This document shows, in pieces, positions 1-12,090 of a stretch of 64,000 nucleotides of DNA (within the stretch, counting starts at the first letter, position 1; each line of letters opens with the position of its first letter). Source of the DNA: Gekko japonicus (Eukaryota); NCBI RefSeq assembly GCF_001447785.1, contig NW_015167064.1:667619-731618 (forward strand), given 5' to 3'. The notes beneath the pieces were generated by a model. That model was not told the origin of the DNA. It did not search any database and saw only the letters and a program-made list of their open reading frames with translations. Both the position numbers and the translations under genes were made by a program.

Positions 1-262
1 ATCCTAAAATCACAATACGGGGAAAACTGTGAACAAGGCTGTATGCAGAGACATGTCAGATGAAGAATGAAATTTATAAATGCAGTTCTTCTTTCCTATG
101 TGGCTACTAATCAGTCTTGGTGCTGAACTTCAATTAGTCGTAACTGCTTCTTTTTCTTGGTGCCTTGAACTGCACATAAGAACATAACTAGCCCATTATT
201 CCTTGTAGCGTCACACATGAGGCCCATGGGAAGACTACATGTGGGGCGTGAAGGTAATAGCT

Positions 263-302
263 NNNNNNNNNNNNNNNNNNNNNNNNNNNNNNNNNNNNNN
301 NN
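263..302. other. Assembly gap (N run)
   Basis: 40 Ns. Confidence 1.
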
Positions 303-334
303 ATCCTGATTCTGAATATAGATATTCAGTTTCA

Positions 335-478
335 CTATCATGGCCCGTGAACGTCAGCCCACCATCCTCCATGATCTCTAATGCACCTTTAAAGTTATCA
401 GAACTAGGGGCAGCGTCTTGTGGCAATGAATTCCATAAATTAATCATATGTTGTGCGATGAAATATTTTGTCAGTCCT
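335..478 (-). mobile_element. CR1 LINE ORF2 C-terminal fragment (degraded)
   Basis: Minus-strand peptide KYFIAQHMINLWNSLPQD...FKGALEIMED matches the CR1 ORF2 end (FFTQRVINLWNSLPQE...FK..LD..ME). Confidence 0.8.
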
Positions 479-1588
479 GAAACTACTGTCAATGAATTTC
501 CCTGGTTGACTCCCCAAGATTCAGTGCTGAGAGAAGAATATTTTTAAAATGGGCACACTGGTAGAAAGAAACAGCCACAGGGCTGGATGTCACCAGGTTT
601 TCTAATGGTGAAAAAGGAGGGAAGAATACCATGTGATCACCAAAAAAGGCTACGCTGGGGATCATGGAACCTTTATGTACAAAAGTCATGCAGAATGCGG
701 GCTGTAGTAAGAAGAATGTATTATTACTTAATCAAATTTTTAGGCTGTCCTTCCCTGCAAGCAGGGCTCAGGGTGGCTTACAACAGAAAGATACATACAA
801 TAAACTAGAAATAAGGCCCGTTGTGGAAATAAATACAACGAGATCTAGAAAGAGGCTCTGGGAGAGTGCTCTGGCTTTGGGCAAACAGTGTCAGTCTGCT
901 TTTAAAACATGAACCTGGGACCTGCACACCACCAGAATACAGCAGATTCCATATGCAACTGACATTCCAACTGCCTTGCGGGGGGGGGAGTTTGAGGTGT
1001 GGAATGGAGTGAAGTCCAATCAGCTTCCATATGCAAAAGACCAGGTTGTCGCAGCAGTTGTGGTGTGGGCGGGACCCGGGCTTTGCCTTCTGATTGGTGG
1101 CGATATATGCTGAGGAGCAGTGCCATCAGCCATACACTAAGGGAGTGCATTTTAGAATTAGAACTTTGGCACCCACTATTCAATTATATATAAAGGAGAG
1201 ATAACTAGAAGTTAAAATCCTGCAATAAAATACATAGTGCATAATTGGGTGAAATACAGTGAAAATACTGGTGGGATCCAACCAGTTATGTTTCAGCATC
1301 CTACATTTGCCATAATCTCAGTCATGCATGTTGCACCAAACCTAATGATGCAATCTATGGATGCAATGTGTGATAATGTGCACAGCACTACCACCATGCA
1401 TGTACCAACATTACAAACTAGGACAGAATCCTTGGGAAACAAATGAGTGTTTCCCAAATGTCTGCTAAGAGGAAAAGTTCATAAATGACAAGCCAAGCCA
1501 TGGGGATACAATCTATCACTAGTTGCAGTATGCATACTGAGTAGCTTACTGGCTGATTATCTACTTTTGCTAAATGCAATTTCAGTCG

Positions 1589-2415
1589 TAAGAGCATAAA
1601 ACATTTCCTGCTGGATCAAACCAGTGGTCTGTCTAGTTCACCATCCTGTTTTAGGCAGGCAACTGGTAGCCCTGGAGGACCAATAACCAGCCATAGAGGC
1701 CAAGACTTTCCCCTAATGTTGTCTCATAGCAGTAGTATTCCGAAATTTACAGCTTCAAACTATGAAGATTCTCTTTAGTCACTATGGTTAGTAGCCATTG
1801 GTGAACATATCTTCTATGAATCTGTCTCACCCCCTTTTAAAGCCATTCATTCTTGTGGCCTTCACTACTTCCGCTGCAGTTAATTCCACAATTTAATCAT
1901 TCACTGGGTAAAGAATTATTTCTCTTTGTCTGTCCTGAAAGTATTGCCAGTCACCTTCATTGGGTGTTCCCACGATTTATTTTTATTTATTAGATTTTTT
2001 TACTCACTGCTCATCCAAAGGGTCTCACAGTGACTTACAACATTAAAATGATATAATAAGGTAAAAACAACATCTTTGAAACATATCGCTGTCTTAAAAA
2101 ATAGCTCTTTAAAAGTACAAAGCTTTGGATTAATTTCTCATTTTTGTAACCACAACCTCAGTCATTGCCAATGTGGCAACATAAAAACAAATAACAAATA
2201 TAAAATATTAATGTTAAATACTAAACTAAAATCTTAAACTATATTAACCTATTAAATCTAGTATTGTAGGAGAGGGAGAAAAAGTTCTCTCTATTCATAT
2301 TCTACACCCCTTGTATCATGTACACCCACCTTTTTTCTAAACTGAAAAGCCTCAGACTTTGGTGTTTCCTCATAGAAAAGGTGTTCCAACCCCTCAGTCG
2401 TTTTGCTTGCCCTTC
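1589..2415 (-). mobile_element. CR1 LINE 3' end, interrupted by an L2-tail-like AT-rich insert at about 1976-2255
   Basis: Reverse CR1 tail (taagagcataa...ctgctggatcaaaccagtggtctgtctagttc), then the antisense ORF2 end (aattccacaatttaatcattcactgggtaaagaattattt). CR1 sequence resumes near 2258 (ctagtattgtaggagagggagaaaaag). Confidence 0.75.
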
Positions 2416-2824
2416 TATGAGAGTGTTTTAAGTGATACAATGCACCAATATTATCAGCATCAACATGCATGCGATATTATGAGTTACAACAAAATGGCTA
2501 GAAAATAGACATACTTTTATCTGAAAGTCTGCCAAGAAAACTCATCACCAGGGATGTTACCAAAGTCTGCAGCTCACACTTTTGACTTGAAACAATCCTG
2601 TTTTGATTTTGTTTCTCCCTTGTGCGTCAGTATTTCTGCACCATTTTCTGTTTTCTCATCAAATATTTCCAATTAAAATAAACATGTCTTTAAATGGTTA
2701 TTTTGAGTTCTTTTTGTCAAAAGTCATACAGCATATAAATGGTATTAAAAATGATGAACATGGACCACTTTCACCCACCATTTTAGATCCTCTTCTTAAG
2801 ACTTGCATTCTGTCCCCCACATGA

Positions 2825-3150
2825 ACAGGTGAGGCATGTGGTGACCAGGGACGAGGCTTTTTCAGTGGTGGTGCCTTCTCTTCGGAATGCCCTCCTTCTT
2901 GAGGCCCACCTGATCCCTACCCTACTTTCTTTCAGGCACGAAGCCAAAAAATATATATTTTTACCAAGGCTGAGAGGTTCCGTCTATTTTAGCTGTTTTA
3001 TTATCTGATTCTAGCCTGAGGACTGCTTTATAAATATCATTTATGCCTGCTCAGGGGTTGTTTGCCTTGTTTTTTAATGGCTTGTTTGGTTTTGTTGTGT
3101 TGTTTTAGTTGTGAGAATGCAAGCAGGTCTCTGGGGAGGCACCATATAAA
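2825..3150 (+). mobile_element. L2 LINE 3' fragment
   Basis: Encodes AFSVVVPSLRNAL (L2 ORF2 motif RAFSVxAPxLWNxLP), followed by a T-rich 3' UTR and an L2-type tail. Confidence 0.7.
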
Positions 3151-4756
3151 TTTTTAAAGTCCATACATAATTACATTAAAATGCTTTAAAACAAATCAGT
3201 AACACTGGCGTCAAATTTGGGTGAAATAGAAAGGCACTCAATGACAACACATGAAACCAAAAAGAAATGAAAAGGAAATATTCATACATCCCTAATATTG
3301 AACCAATTCTTAATTGAGTCCAGAGGCACAGTAAAAATAATTGCTGATAAGTGGCTCATTGGTGAACATTGCCTTGGTTCAGTGATAGCAGGATACTAGG
3401 TAGATAATTAAGACTGCACCAATTTCCACCTATTCCTCCCTCAGAACTTGGAAAACACCCCCCAAGGTGCCAGAAGCAGAGAGAAAAGCCCTTCCAAAAA
3501 TGAACCAGCAACAAACACTATCAAAACAATCATTCAGACAAAATTGCAAAATCCACAAATCAGTAAAAGGCTCTCCTGAAGGCCTAGTTCCTTCTTCTGA
3601 ACACCACCAAGAAAGTGACCTACTAACCACTAAAGGAAGCCCACTCCAGAGCATCAGAACAAAAACTCCGATCAGACCTCTGTTTGAGAGGGGTCCTTGT
3701 CTAGTAATAACAGTTCTGTAAAGTAAATAAAAAGTTAGTTATCCCCATAAGTTAAAAGTAGAGCTATGGCTAGACAAACAGTGGTATGAATAAAGTTGCC
3801 TTAGCAAGTTTGTGGCAGAGGTGAAATTTTAACAGGGGTTCTTTGAGGTTTCCAGCTCAGTCCTGGGGTGTTGATATTTCCTCAACCATAAATCCCATTG
3901 GTTTTAGTGGAACCTACTGTCAGGTAAGAATGCAGAGCAATGCAGTTTTGCTATGCTGGCTCTCATAAGAGCATTAAAACAATAATGTCAATACTGACTT
4001 TTTTTTTTAAGCACAGCGTGCACGAAAAGGCTTGATTTTCAAAACCAGAAAAGGGTTTTTTAAATGTATTATTTATACAAGTTAAATCAAAATGCACTTG
4101 CTATCAATGTTTAATACATTTTCCCTCACAAACTTCTTCCCATATGTCCTACCTGCTTGGTGGTAGAGCTCTAATGGAGTTACTAAATATATCTTAATGG
4201 CTCAGGTTATTTATATTATGCAAATATACTTTTGCCCACACAGTTGTGCCAAATTCCTTTAAACAGGTTAGGCAGCATAAACAACAAGCAGACTGAAAAT
4301 AACAAGTAACTATTGAAGCCCTCTGAACTGCAGAGCTACAAGACATATTGCTATTCAAATTTACAAAGGGCTTTTTTAATACAGGAAGACCACCACTGCC
4401 TGATCAACTCCTGGGCCAGTCTCAACCCTTTCCTCTCCCAGGCCTTTTGTTGTGTTCAGTAAAGTAGATCATTGGGTCTTGCAGGATGTATTTTTTAAGC
4501 TATACCAGTCACATATGACCAAAAATCTCCAGTGAGAATTACCCTACTTTACCCACTTATACTTAATTTGCCCATAGTACTTATAGTACTTTCTTGCCCA
4601 TAGTACTTATCAATTTCTTGTGTTTTATCCTTTTGATGGACAGGAATCTAAACAGTATAATAACATAAGTATTGCCTTGCTACATCTTACCAGTTTTCAT
4701 TTAGTCCAGGATACTATTTCCAACAGTGGTTAGCCTTCAGCACCTGGTATGCAGAT

Positions 4757-5072
4757 TGGGATATGACTGCTCTCTTTAAGTATTTGAAGGGCTGTCTCTT
4801 GGAGGAGGGCAGGGAGCTGTTCCTGTTGGCAACAGAGGGTAGGACTCACAATAAAGGGTTTAAATTAAGTGCGGGAAGGTACTGGCTGGATATTAGGAAA
4901 AACTTTTTTACAGTAAGAATTGTGCTACAGTGGAATCAGCTGCCTGGGGAGGTGGCGAGCTCCCCCTCATTGGCAGTCTTTAAGCAGTGGCTGGACAAAC
5001 CCTTGTCAGGGATGCATGGGTTGGTCTAGATGGCCTGTATGGCCCTTCCAACTCTGTGATTCTATGATTCTA
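4757..5072 (+). mobile_element. CR1 LINE 3' end (5'-truncated)
   Basis: ORF 4763-5029 (FKYLKGC...GRTHNKGFKL...LDIRKNFFTVR...WNQLP) is the CR1 ORF2 C-terminus; it ends in the CR1 tail ccttccaactctgtgattctatgattct. Confidence 0.92.
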
Positions 5073-5469
5073 GAAATGCTATAACTGGAGACTCAGTTTT
5101 GCTATCATAGGTAATATCCATCAAGAGATCTTTGTCTAACATTTTAAAACAGCTATCTAAGCTAGTGACCAAAACCATACTTCTTGCAACTCTAAGTTTG
5201 TGAAATGTCTTGTGAGGAAGCATTTACTTTTGATCAGGAAGCCAAAGTTGCTACCACAAAGGGTTGCTGATAACAAAGGGTTTAAAATTCTTTATCTATG
5301 CTGTTTAAACTGGAAGTCCCCACTTCAGTTTTGGTTCTTCCTTGCATCAGTCAAACCTGTGACTTTATTTTCAGGGCAGTTTCAGAGCTGTTTGTTGCGC
5401 CATACAAGGCATACCCATCATCTCCTGGGCCTGCACCAGCAGCACCCAGTTCCAAACCAGTTAGAGAGA

Positions 5470-5640
5470 TAGATGGTCAGATTCTGACTTGGCTCTTGAG
5501 TGACCCAGGGCCAGGCACATGATAATTCTTGATTCACACAGTTTGGACCCATTTCACAAGGTGGTTGTGAGGATGAAACCAGAAGGGGACAATTATGTAA
5601 GCCACCCTGGGGTCCTTGGAGGAAAGAAGGGATGAACTGT
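5470..5640 (+). mobile_element. Old MIR/Squam3-like CORE SINE remnant
   Basis: CORE motif tcacaaggtggttgtgaggatgaaa and L2-type tail tgtaagccaccctggggtccttggagg. Confidence 0.55.
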
Positions 5641-5668
5641 GATCTAAAGAAATTGAGAACATTTTATG

Positions 5669-5867
5669 GGGACACCGTAAAAGCTGGCCGTTCCGGGCTG
5701 TTCCGGAGGCATTTTGGCCTGGAAAGGGTTAATAAAAGTGTGAGAGTTCCCTGTTTCCACTTCTAGAATATGGTTCTGGAGTGCCTGTAATGCATGCCAC
5801 TGTTTTTTTGCAGTACTATTGTGTGTTTAATGCCCGTTCCGGGCCGTTCCGGCTTTTACCGTGTCTC
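5669..5867. mobile_element. 199-bp MITE with 9-bp TSD (MULE- or Merlin-like)
   Basis: Left end GGGACACCGTAAAAGC pairs with the reverse complement of the right end, GAGACACGGTAAAAGC. Identical flanking 9-mers cattttatg at 5660-5668 and 5868-5876. Confidence 0.85.
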
Positions 5868-5876
5868 CATTTTATG

Positions 5877-6003
5877 CACTTTCACACAGGCTGAATCAAT
5901 GCACTTTGCTACTCGATTTTACTGTGTGAAATGGCAAAATAATCCATTTAAAAGTGACTGCTAAAGTGGGTTGAAAGTGCATTATTCAGCACATGCAAGG
6001 CAC
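5877..6003. mobile_element. Palindromic MITE (probably PIF/Harbinger type)
   Basis: Inverted arms gctgaatcaatgcacttt ... aaagtgcattattcagc; a related partial copy lies at about 20105-20205. Confidence 0.55.
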
Positions 6004-9000
6004 ATTCATCCCTAGCTGATGAGTTAAAAGAAAAACCCTTCCCTTCTATGCCTTTGACAACAGCCTGATAACAAAGAAATTAAATGAGGCTTTGCCCATG
6101 TTTGAGTCTCCTTGCCACAAAATGCTAGATCTGTTCACATCAGGCTACTGTTTAAACACACAGGAGCAGGGCTATTAATAACAGTGGCAAGCCTAGCTTT
6201 GTTGGCAGGAGTGGCATTTGGAGTAGGTCAAACCTCTGCATCACTCCAGACTCTACAGAAACACATCTCAATACTGATGGTCAGTTTTTTAAAAATCAGA
6301 AAATAAGCTGCATCGGATTTCTTTTGAACTGCCTTGCTAGTATGGTTTTCATATAGAGCAACTGCATGATAATTCCATATTTTCCGATATGTGTCCTGCA
6401 AACGTCACTGTTCCTGTTATTGGAATTTTTCTGCACAATTTATGTGCTCAACTTGTTATTCCTTAGGGTTCAGCTCTTCAGAATTTCTAGAAGTTACATA
6501 TAGAAGTGGGGAAGGCAAACGTATGAATACTAGGGTGCTAAAGGAGTGCACAGCCTGACATTTCACACACTGGAGTAGGTTGTGGGACAACTGCATTTTT
6601 CAGGGTTATCTTTAAGGGAGAGAACAAATACTTGCATGGTTCTTACCACAGGGTAAATGAACACAGTGGGAGGAGTCAAGCCTTCAGCAGTGAGTAATCG
6701 CCAGTGTTCAGGAAGCTTGGGTGGTATAAGGATCACAGTGTTACAAGCCCATCCCTATTTTTATCCATGACATTGGAGAAATTCACTGTCGTGAGCAAAG
6801 TTCTACTTATCTCAAGCCCGGCTTGTTTTTTCTTCAACCTTTTCAGACACAGCAGCTGGTCAATGTAGCTTAACAGGACCCAGACCCATCTGTTCTTCAA
6901 CCACTTAACCCCTTCTTAGCTGATTACAGATCTCACAATATAAATTGGGTTGCAAGCTGTCTGGGAGACCTCTGGCACCCTCGTGGGCAGCTGATGCCCT
7001 CTCCTCCCAATCCTGTCTCTTGCAATCATAATGAATAAAAGCAGCACAAAACAGAGGAGGGGAAAAAATTACAAAAAAAAAATCATTCTCGTTGTATAAA
7101 AGAAATGAGAAGGGATTTCAAAAGGATGAAAATAACCTTTGGAATTTTTATGCATAAAGATCCCATTTCTTTGTTTAAAACAATGCTACAGAACATTAGG
7201 GATCATATCTTGAAACTTTGCAATCTTGGATCTTTCATTTGGAAGTGTAGCAAAGAAGAACAGGGCTCCCATATTGATAATTATTGTGTAGACGTGGGTA
7301 TTCTCACAGGTGCAGGTGCTTATCCCCATGATAACTACACCTGCTGAAATTCCTATATTTACACAACTACTGAAAGGACAACATATTATTAACAGCATCT
7401 CAGATCAGTTGCTACACTTATAGGATTAGACCACAAGATACAAGAATGTCTAACACCCTGTTTCAAGTGTGTGTTGTGCTTTCTACATACCGTTGGATTT
7501 AAATAGTGTGTTAAAAATGTTTCTTCCTGGGGTTTGTGGAATATTTATAGATAAAGAGGTGACTATTTTTAGGCCCCTGTGACATCAGTAATAACTTTTC
7601 TCCTCCATAACACTTATGAAAGGAATCCATTAGCAGCTTCATAAAAATATTTAAATATTTAGTTATACTTACAGTTGGATCGAGTTAGCAAATTTTAGAT
7701 GTGCTCTCTTTAATAGCTGATAGTTTGTTCATTCTCCTGTCAAAATCCAGGCTCTTCCTGATAAGAGAGACCCTAACAAATTAGGAGGTCGACATATATC
7801 CAAAGCATGTTTAGTCAAAAGAGTTCCACTAAATTTTATGAGACACTTTCTTAGGATTGAATAACATGGAGATTACTGAGTACCTGCTCAGGATTGCTCC
7901 TTTAATCTTTAGTGAAGGTTGTTGTCTTAGAGGTCAAAGATGAGATTATCTATGAAACAGTTGTGAAACTTCTGAATATTCAGTGCACATGCAACAGACC
8001 TTCAGACACTCCCTCGTTCTGTCCCCCCCCCCAATCTTAGGAAAATGTCATGGGGGGAAGTTGGAGCCTTTTCCCCCCATGTCATGGTCCCAAATTGAAC
8101 TGGGCCCTGGTACTCTTGGAGAAATGTGCCCCACAGCTGTCAACTGGCTGTGGGGAACTCAAGTCTGGTCAGAAGAATTTTGAACTGAATCATGGACTGA
8201 CATCTCATCTGGTTCAGACCTTAGTTATCCTTCTGAGTCACCCAGTAACTTTATTACTTATAGCCCATTCCTCATGAACAAATCAATTTGCAGGAAAAGT
8301 TTTGCATTGTCAATTCATTCTGCACCCATTTTACAATATGAGCATTAACTACTCAGTGTAGTTTGGCAGACCTGCAGTAGCACAGTATAGGTGCATTGAG
8401 TTGTGTGATGAGGGCATTTTGATACAATCCATAGCACTTTAAACATGCTCATCTCTGTGAGAATGGTCTCCCATTATCAAGAGGCTGAGAGTGTTGTCCA
8501 AAAAGCCCTCTGTCTTTTCTGATTCTCTCTGCATTCATCAGTCTGTAGTGAGACTTGACCAGACATATCTTAGCATTCACAATACCAGTTCTACATGCCG
8601 ACACAACTCATTCCATCTCAAAATAACCACAAACTACTGAGATGCTAGCAAGGTCGCTGAATGTCATTTCTTACCTTTCATGCCTTGCTTGTCTATTCTG
8701 AGCAAGACCCAGAATAATTTTTGCAAAAATAGTTTTTAAAATGATGTATATAAAATTGTAGAAACAAAATTATGTACGTTTTCTTAATTTAGGCAGGTTG
8801 CAGAACTGGGATTTGTCTGGATGCAGAATCTTTATTTTATTTTAATTTCTTTATTAGCCTGGAGAATCCACAACTCAGTTTATAGGAATTAAGGCAGAGG
8901 AATAAAACTAGAAAATACTATTTGCATCCCCCCTTCATCAGATAGCTTACAACTCCCCAGAATTATGTTGTTTGGAAACAACTTGATCAAAACTGATTTC

Positions 9001-9956
9001 TTTTTTTTAGAGAAAACATTTTCCCCCCAGAGAAACTTTCTTTTGGAAATCATGAATAGTTTGCCTAGCACCACCCTACTGTAATTTATCCCTTCTCCCG
9101 GATCTGCTTTTCTCACCAACAGGTCTTTCTGTTGATATATTAGCAGAATGCATTGTGTGCTTTTTCAGCTGGTTGGGCAGTCTTTCCTGAACTGAATGCT
9201 TTCTTCACATCTTTTATGCTTGGATGCTCCCTCAGATGAGATGCATAGAATTCATTGCTTCATGATGTGCTTCTGACCCAGGCAAGCCCCTGAGCCAGGA
9301 GATTTGCAGACAGCTGTTAGTTTAGCAGAAGCTGCCAGGTTTGCTGAGACTCTGCAATGGATCCAGAACATCAGCAAAAGCAGAGAACCCTAGGGGGCGG
9401 GGAGAGAGAACTTACATCAGGTCAGAGAGAAGGAGGAGAGGTAAAGGAAGGGAAGGAATCAAGAGGGAGAGGACTGGTTAGCTGTGCCTCTGTTAAGGAT
9501 GAGCGAATATTCTGAATTTTTTTTTCTTCATATTCATTTATATTTTGCCAGTAGTTCTTTTCTCTCCATTTCATTGTTAGTTTTGAACTTTGTCTGTATT
9601 AGATATACATGTACAGTTTTTATATGTGATTTATACATATAACCCATGTATAAATATCATATATCTAATTCTGAACTTGTCTTCACTGTGCGGTTCAAGA
9701 AATCTGCACAATAGGGCCACTTACGGGTAAGGGAGAAAAATCCAAAACGTTTTACAGAGAGATAGAGCAACACAAAGTAATGAGCAACATCTATACATGC
9801 AAAGCTAGTCACACTTTAAAAAGCTGCAAAAGTAAAACAAAAAAAAGGAGTGAACACGTTAGGGAGCAGAAAGTATGCAAGGAGAGCATTGGGGAAGAAA
9901 CACTGGCCGGGGGGCAAAACAAGGGAAGAAAGTGGGGACTGTTACATAACATGTAA

Positions 9957-10027
9957 TGCTGATTTACTGATCACAAATAATGTTGAGATAACTTATCTCA
10001 ACTTTATTTGTGATCAGTAAATCAGCA
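9957..10027. repeat. Near-perfect 71-bp palindrome
   Basis: tgctgatttactgatcacaaataa-t-gttgagataa-c-ttatctcaac-t-ttatttgtgatcagtaaatcagca: 35-bp arms with one mismatch. Confidence 0.97.
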
Positions 10028-10217
10028 CATTTTACAAGAAGATTTGTTGTGAGGAACAGAAAATGAGATGAAAATAGGTAATAGTGGGTTTTAGTCACAC
10101 AATGGAAAAGCAAAACTAAAATGATTTTTTTCAGGTCAAGAACTGCAGGGCAGAGAAATTTGAAGTCAACCCTAGACTGATTGCATCTACAGAACTGGTA
10201 AAGTATATTTGTTTCAG

Positions 10218-10460
10218 GAAGAAGAAGAAGAAGAAGAGTTGGTTTTTATATACTACCTTTCACTACTCAAAAGAGTGTCAGAGAGGCTTACAATCACCTT
10301 TCTTTCCTCTCTGCACAACAGATACCCTGTGAGGTAGGTGGGATTGAGAGAGCTCTAAGAGAATTGTGACTGACCCACATCACGCTTCATGTGGAGGAGT
10401 GGGGAAACAAGCCCGGTTCTGCAGATTAGAGTCTGCTGCTCTTAACCACTAAACTGGCTC
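10218..10460 (-). mobile_element. Squam3-type SINE (tRNA head, CORE, L2-type tail)
   Basis: (GAA)n tail, ccctgtgaggtaggtgg core, and reverse tRNA head ...cttaaccact..aaactggctc. Confidence 0.88.
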
Positions 10461-10514
10461 TCAAATGTAGGGAGTGTATTCATAACACTGGTTGTGTTTC
10501 TGTTTAGTACATTC

Positions 10515-10700
10515 TAATCCCACCCATCCTCCAAAGAGCTCAGGGTTGCATTCATACTTCTTCCTTGCTCCATTTTGTCCTCCCAGCACCCCTGTGAGGT
10601 ACATTATGCTGAGAGAGAGTAACTGGCCCAAGGTCACCCAAGCTTCATGGAAGGGTGGGCATCTGACCCTGCACCTCCTGAATCCCTGTCTGTAGACTGT
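10515..10700 (-). mobile_element. Older MIR/Squam3-like CORE SINE
   Basis: cccctgtgaggtac...gagagagtaactggcccaaggtcacccaagcttcatgg. Confidence 0.65.
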
Positions 10701-11044
10701 ATCCAGGGCTATTCTGAAATACAAATGAATTCATACATACATTTCTGTGTCCAGGAAATCCAAGCCCAACCAAAACAGTTTCAAAGTATGGTCATCTATA
10801 GCTAAATATTGAAAAAGCTGAAACTTGTTGCCAGTATCACAGGATGGTAGCTTATAAATTGCTTCACTGTATCTTCAAATGTCCAAGTAGAACACCTGGG
10901 AGTGGAATAAAATGAACAGGCCAACAAGTGGTGACATAAATCTTCTGGTTTCGGGGCTCCACGGATGCATAGATGCTGATTGACTGGTTTTTGTGTATAG
11001 CATCCTGCAAGCATGACAGTTGTACTGTCTGGAAACAAATAGAT

Positions 11045-12058
11045 GCCCCCGCCAACCCAGCGGTTCAAAAGTAACACAAGTAGATAAATGGGTACCTGCC
11101 CTAGGTGGCAGGGGGCACCCTCCTCCGGGTCTGTGCCAGGAGTGCGGTCGATGGTGGCAGAGGCAACAGGCGGGGCGGAGCGGCGAGAGCAATGGCAGCG
11201 GAGCAGCAGCGATTCCAGGAGACGGCGACCAATTTGAGCGGAGGCGGAGCCGGATGACGCAGCGACGAGGGGACGCAGCACGGCAGGAGCCCGATGGGAC
11301 GCATAGCCGGAAGCTGCACCCCGGAGCAACTGCGCATCAATGGAAGTCACCAGAGCCTGCCCAGCAGTCATCCGGATCGTCAAAGAACAATGAGGCCTGC
11401 CGAAGAAAGAAAGATATGCTGCATGGGTGCTGGTAGGGAATCCCACCCCCGTGGAAAAATTGTGACCCTAGCTAGGTATTCAGCTACGCAAGTAGTTCAC
11501 TGTAAACCGCTCTGAGACCCATTAGGGGTCATGAGCAGTATAGAAATCAAAATATATGATCTATAGATGGTACATGACACCTAAGAAAATAGCAAATATG
11601 AACCAGAATATGTCTAGCAAATGTTGGAAATGTAAAAAACATGAGGGTTCATTTTATCACATGTGGTGGACATGTGACAAAGCTAGGGACTTTTGGACAA
11701 AGGTCCACAGCGAAATGCAAAAGATTCTAAAATGTTCTTTCAAGAAAACACCTGAAATTCTGCTATTAGGTTTAAAAATGGAAGAACTGAATATAACAAA
11801 AAGGACTCTGTTCTGGTATTTGATAACAACAGCAAGAATGATATATGCCCAATACTGGAAACAATATTAAGTACTGGATGTTATCCTGAGTTTATCTATG
11901 TGGGACATGAGGGAAATGCATTGCGGGAAGCCTTTCGGGGGAGGGAGGGAAAAGGGAATATTCAACCAATTGATAAAAAGATGTAAAATATGATAATAAT
12001 GGAAAATAAAAAGTCTTTTGACCTAAAAAGAAAAAAGAAAAAAAAAGAAATCGAAATA

Positions 12059-12089
<31 letters not shown>

Positions 12090-12090
12090 A
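11045..12090 (+). mobile_element. Unclassified CpG-rich non-autonomous retroelement: Sauria-SINE-like segment, unknown body and L2-type tail with (AAAT)n; split by an L1 insertion
   Basis: 11049-11110 aligns to the Sauria core in this window (gccaacctagcagttcgaaagc...caagtagataaa..ggtacc). 11500-11555 is an L2-type tail (gtaaaccgctctgagacc...gcagtatagaaatc). The (aaat)n terminus is at 12061-12090. Confidence 0.65.
11556..12045 (+). mobile_element. L1-clade LINE 3' fragment (ORF2 CCHC zinc-knuckle region, 3' UTR, poly-A)
   Basis: ORF 11556-11870 YRWYMTP...KCWKC...GSFYHMWWTC...FW is the L1 ORF2 C-terminal knuckle. aataaa and an A-rich tail lie at about 12005-12045. TSD agaaatc(a/g)aaatata at 11542-11556 and 12046-12060. 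Confidence 0.9.

Noticed and set aside
10802-11446. Longest ORF in the window (214 aa, minus strand)
   Set aside because: No recognisable domain. It runs across the boundary of the GC-rich element, where several frames on both strands are open, as expected from stop-codon depletion.
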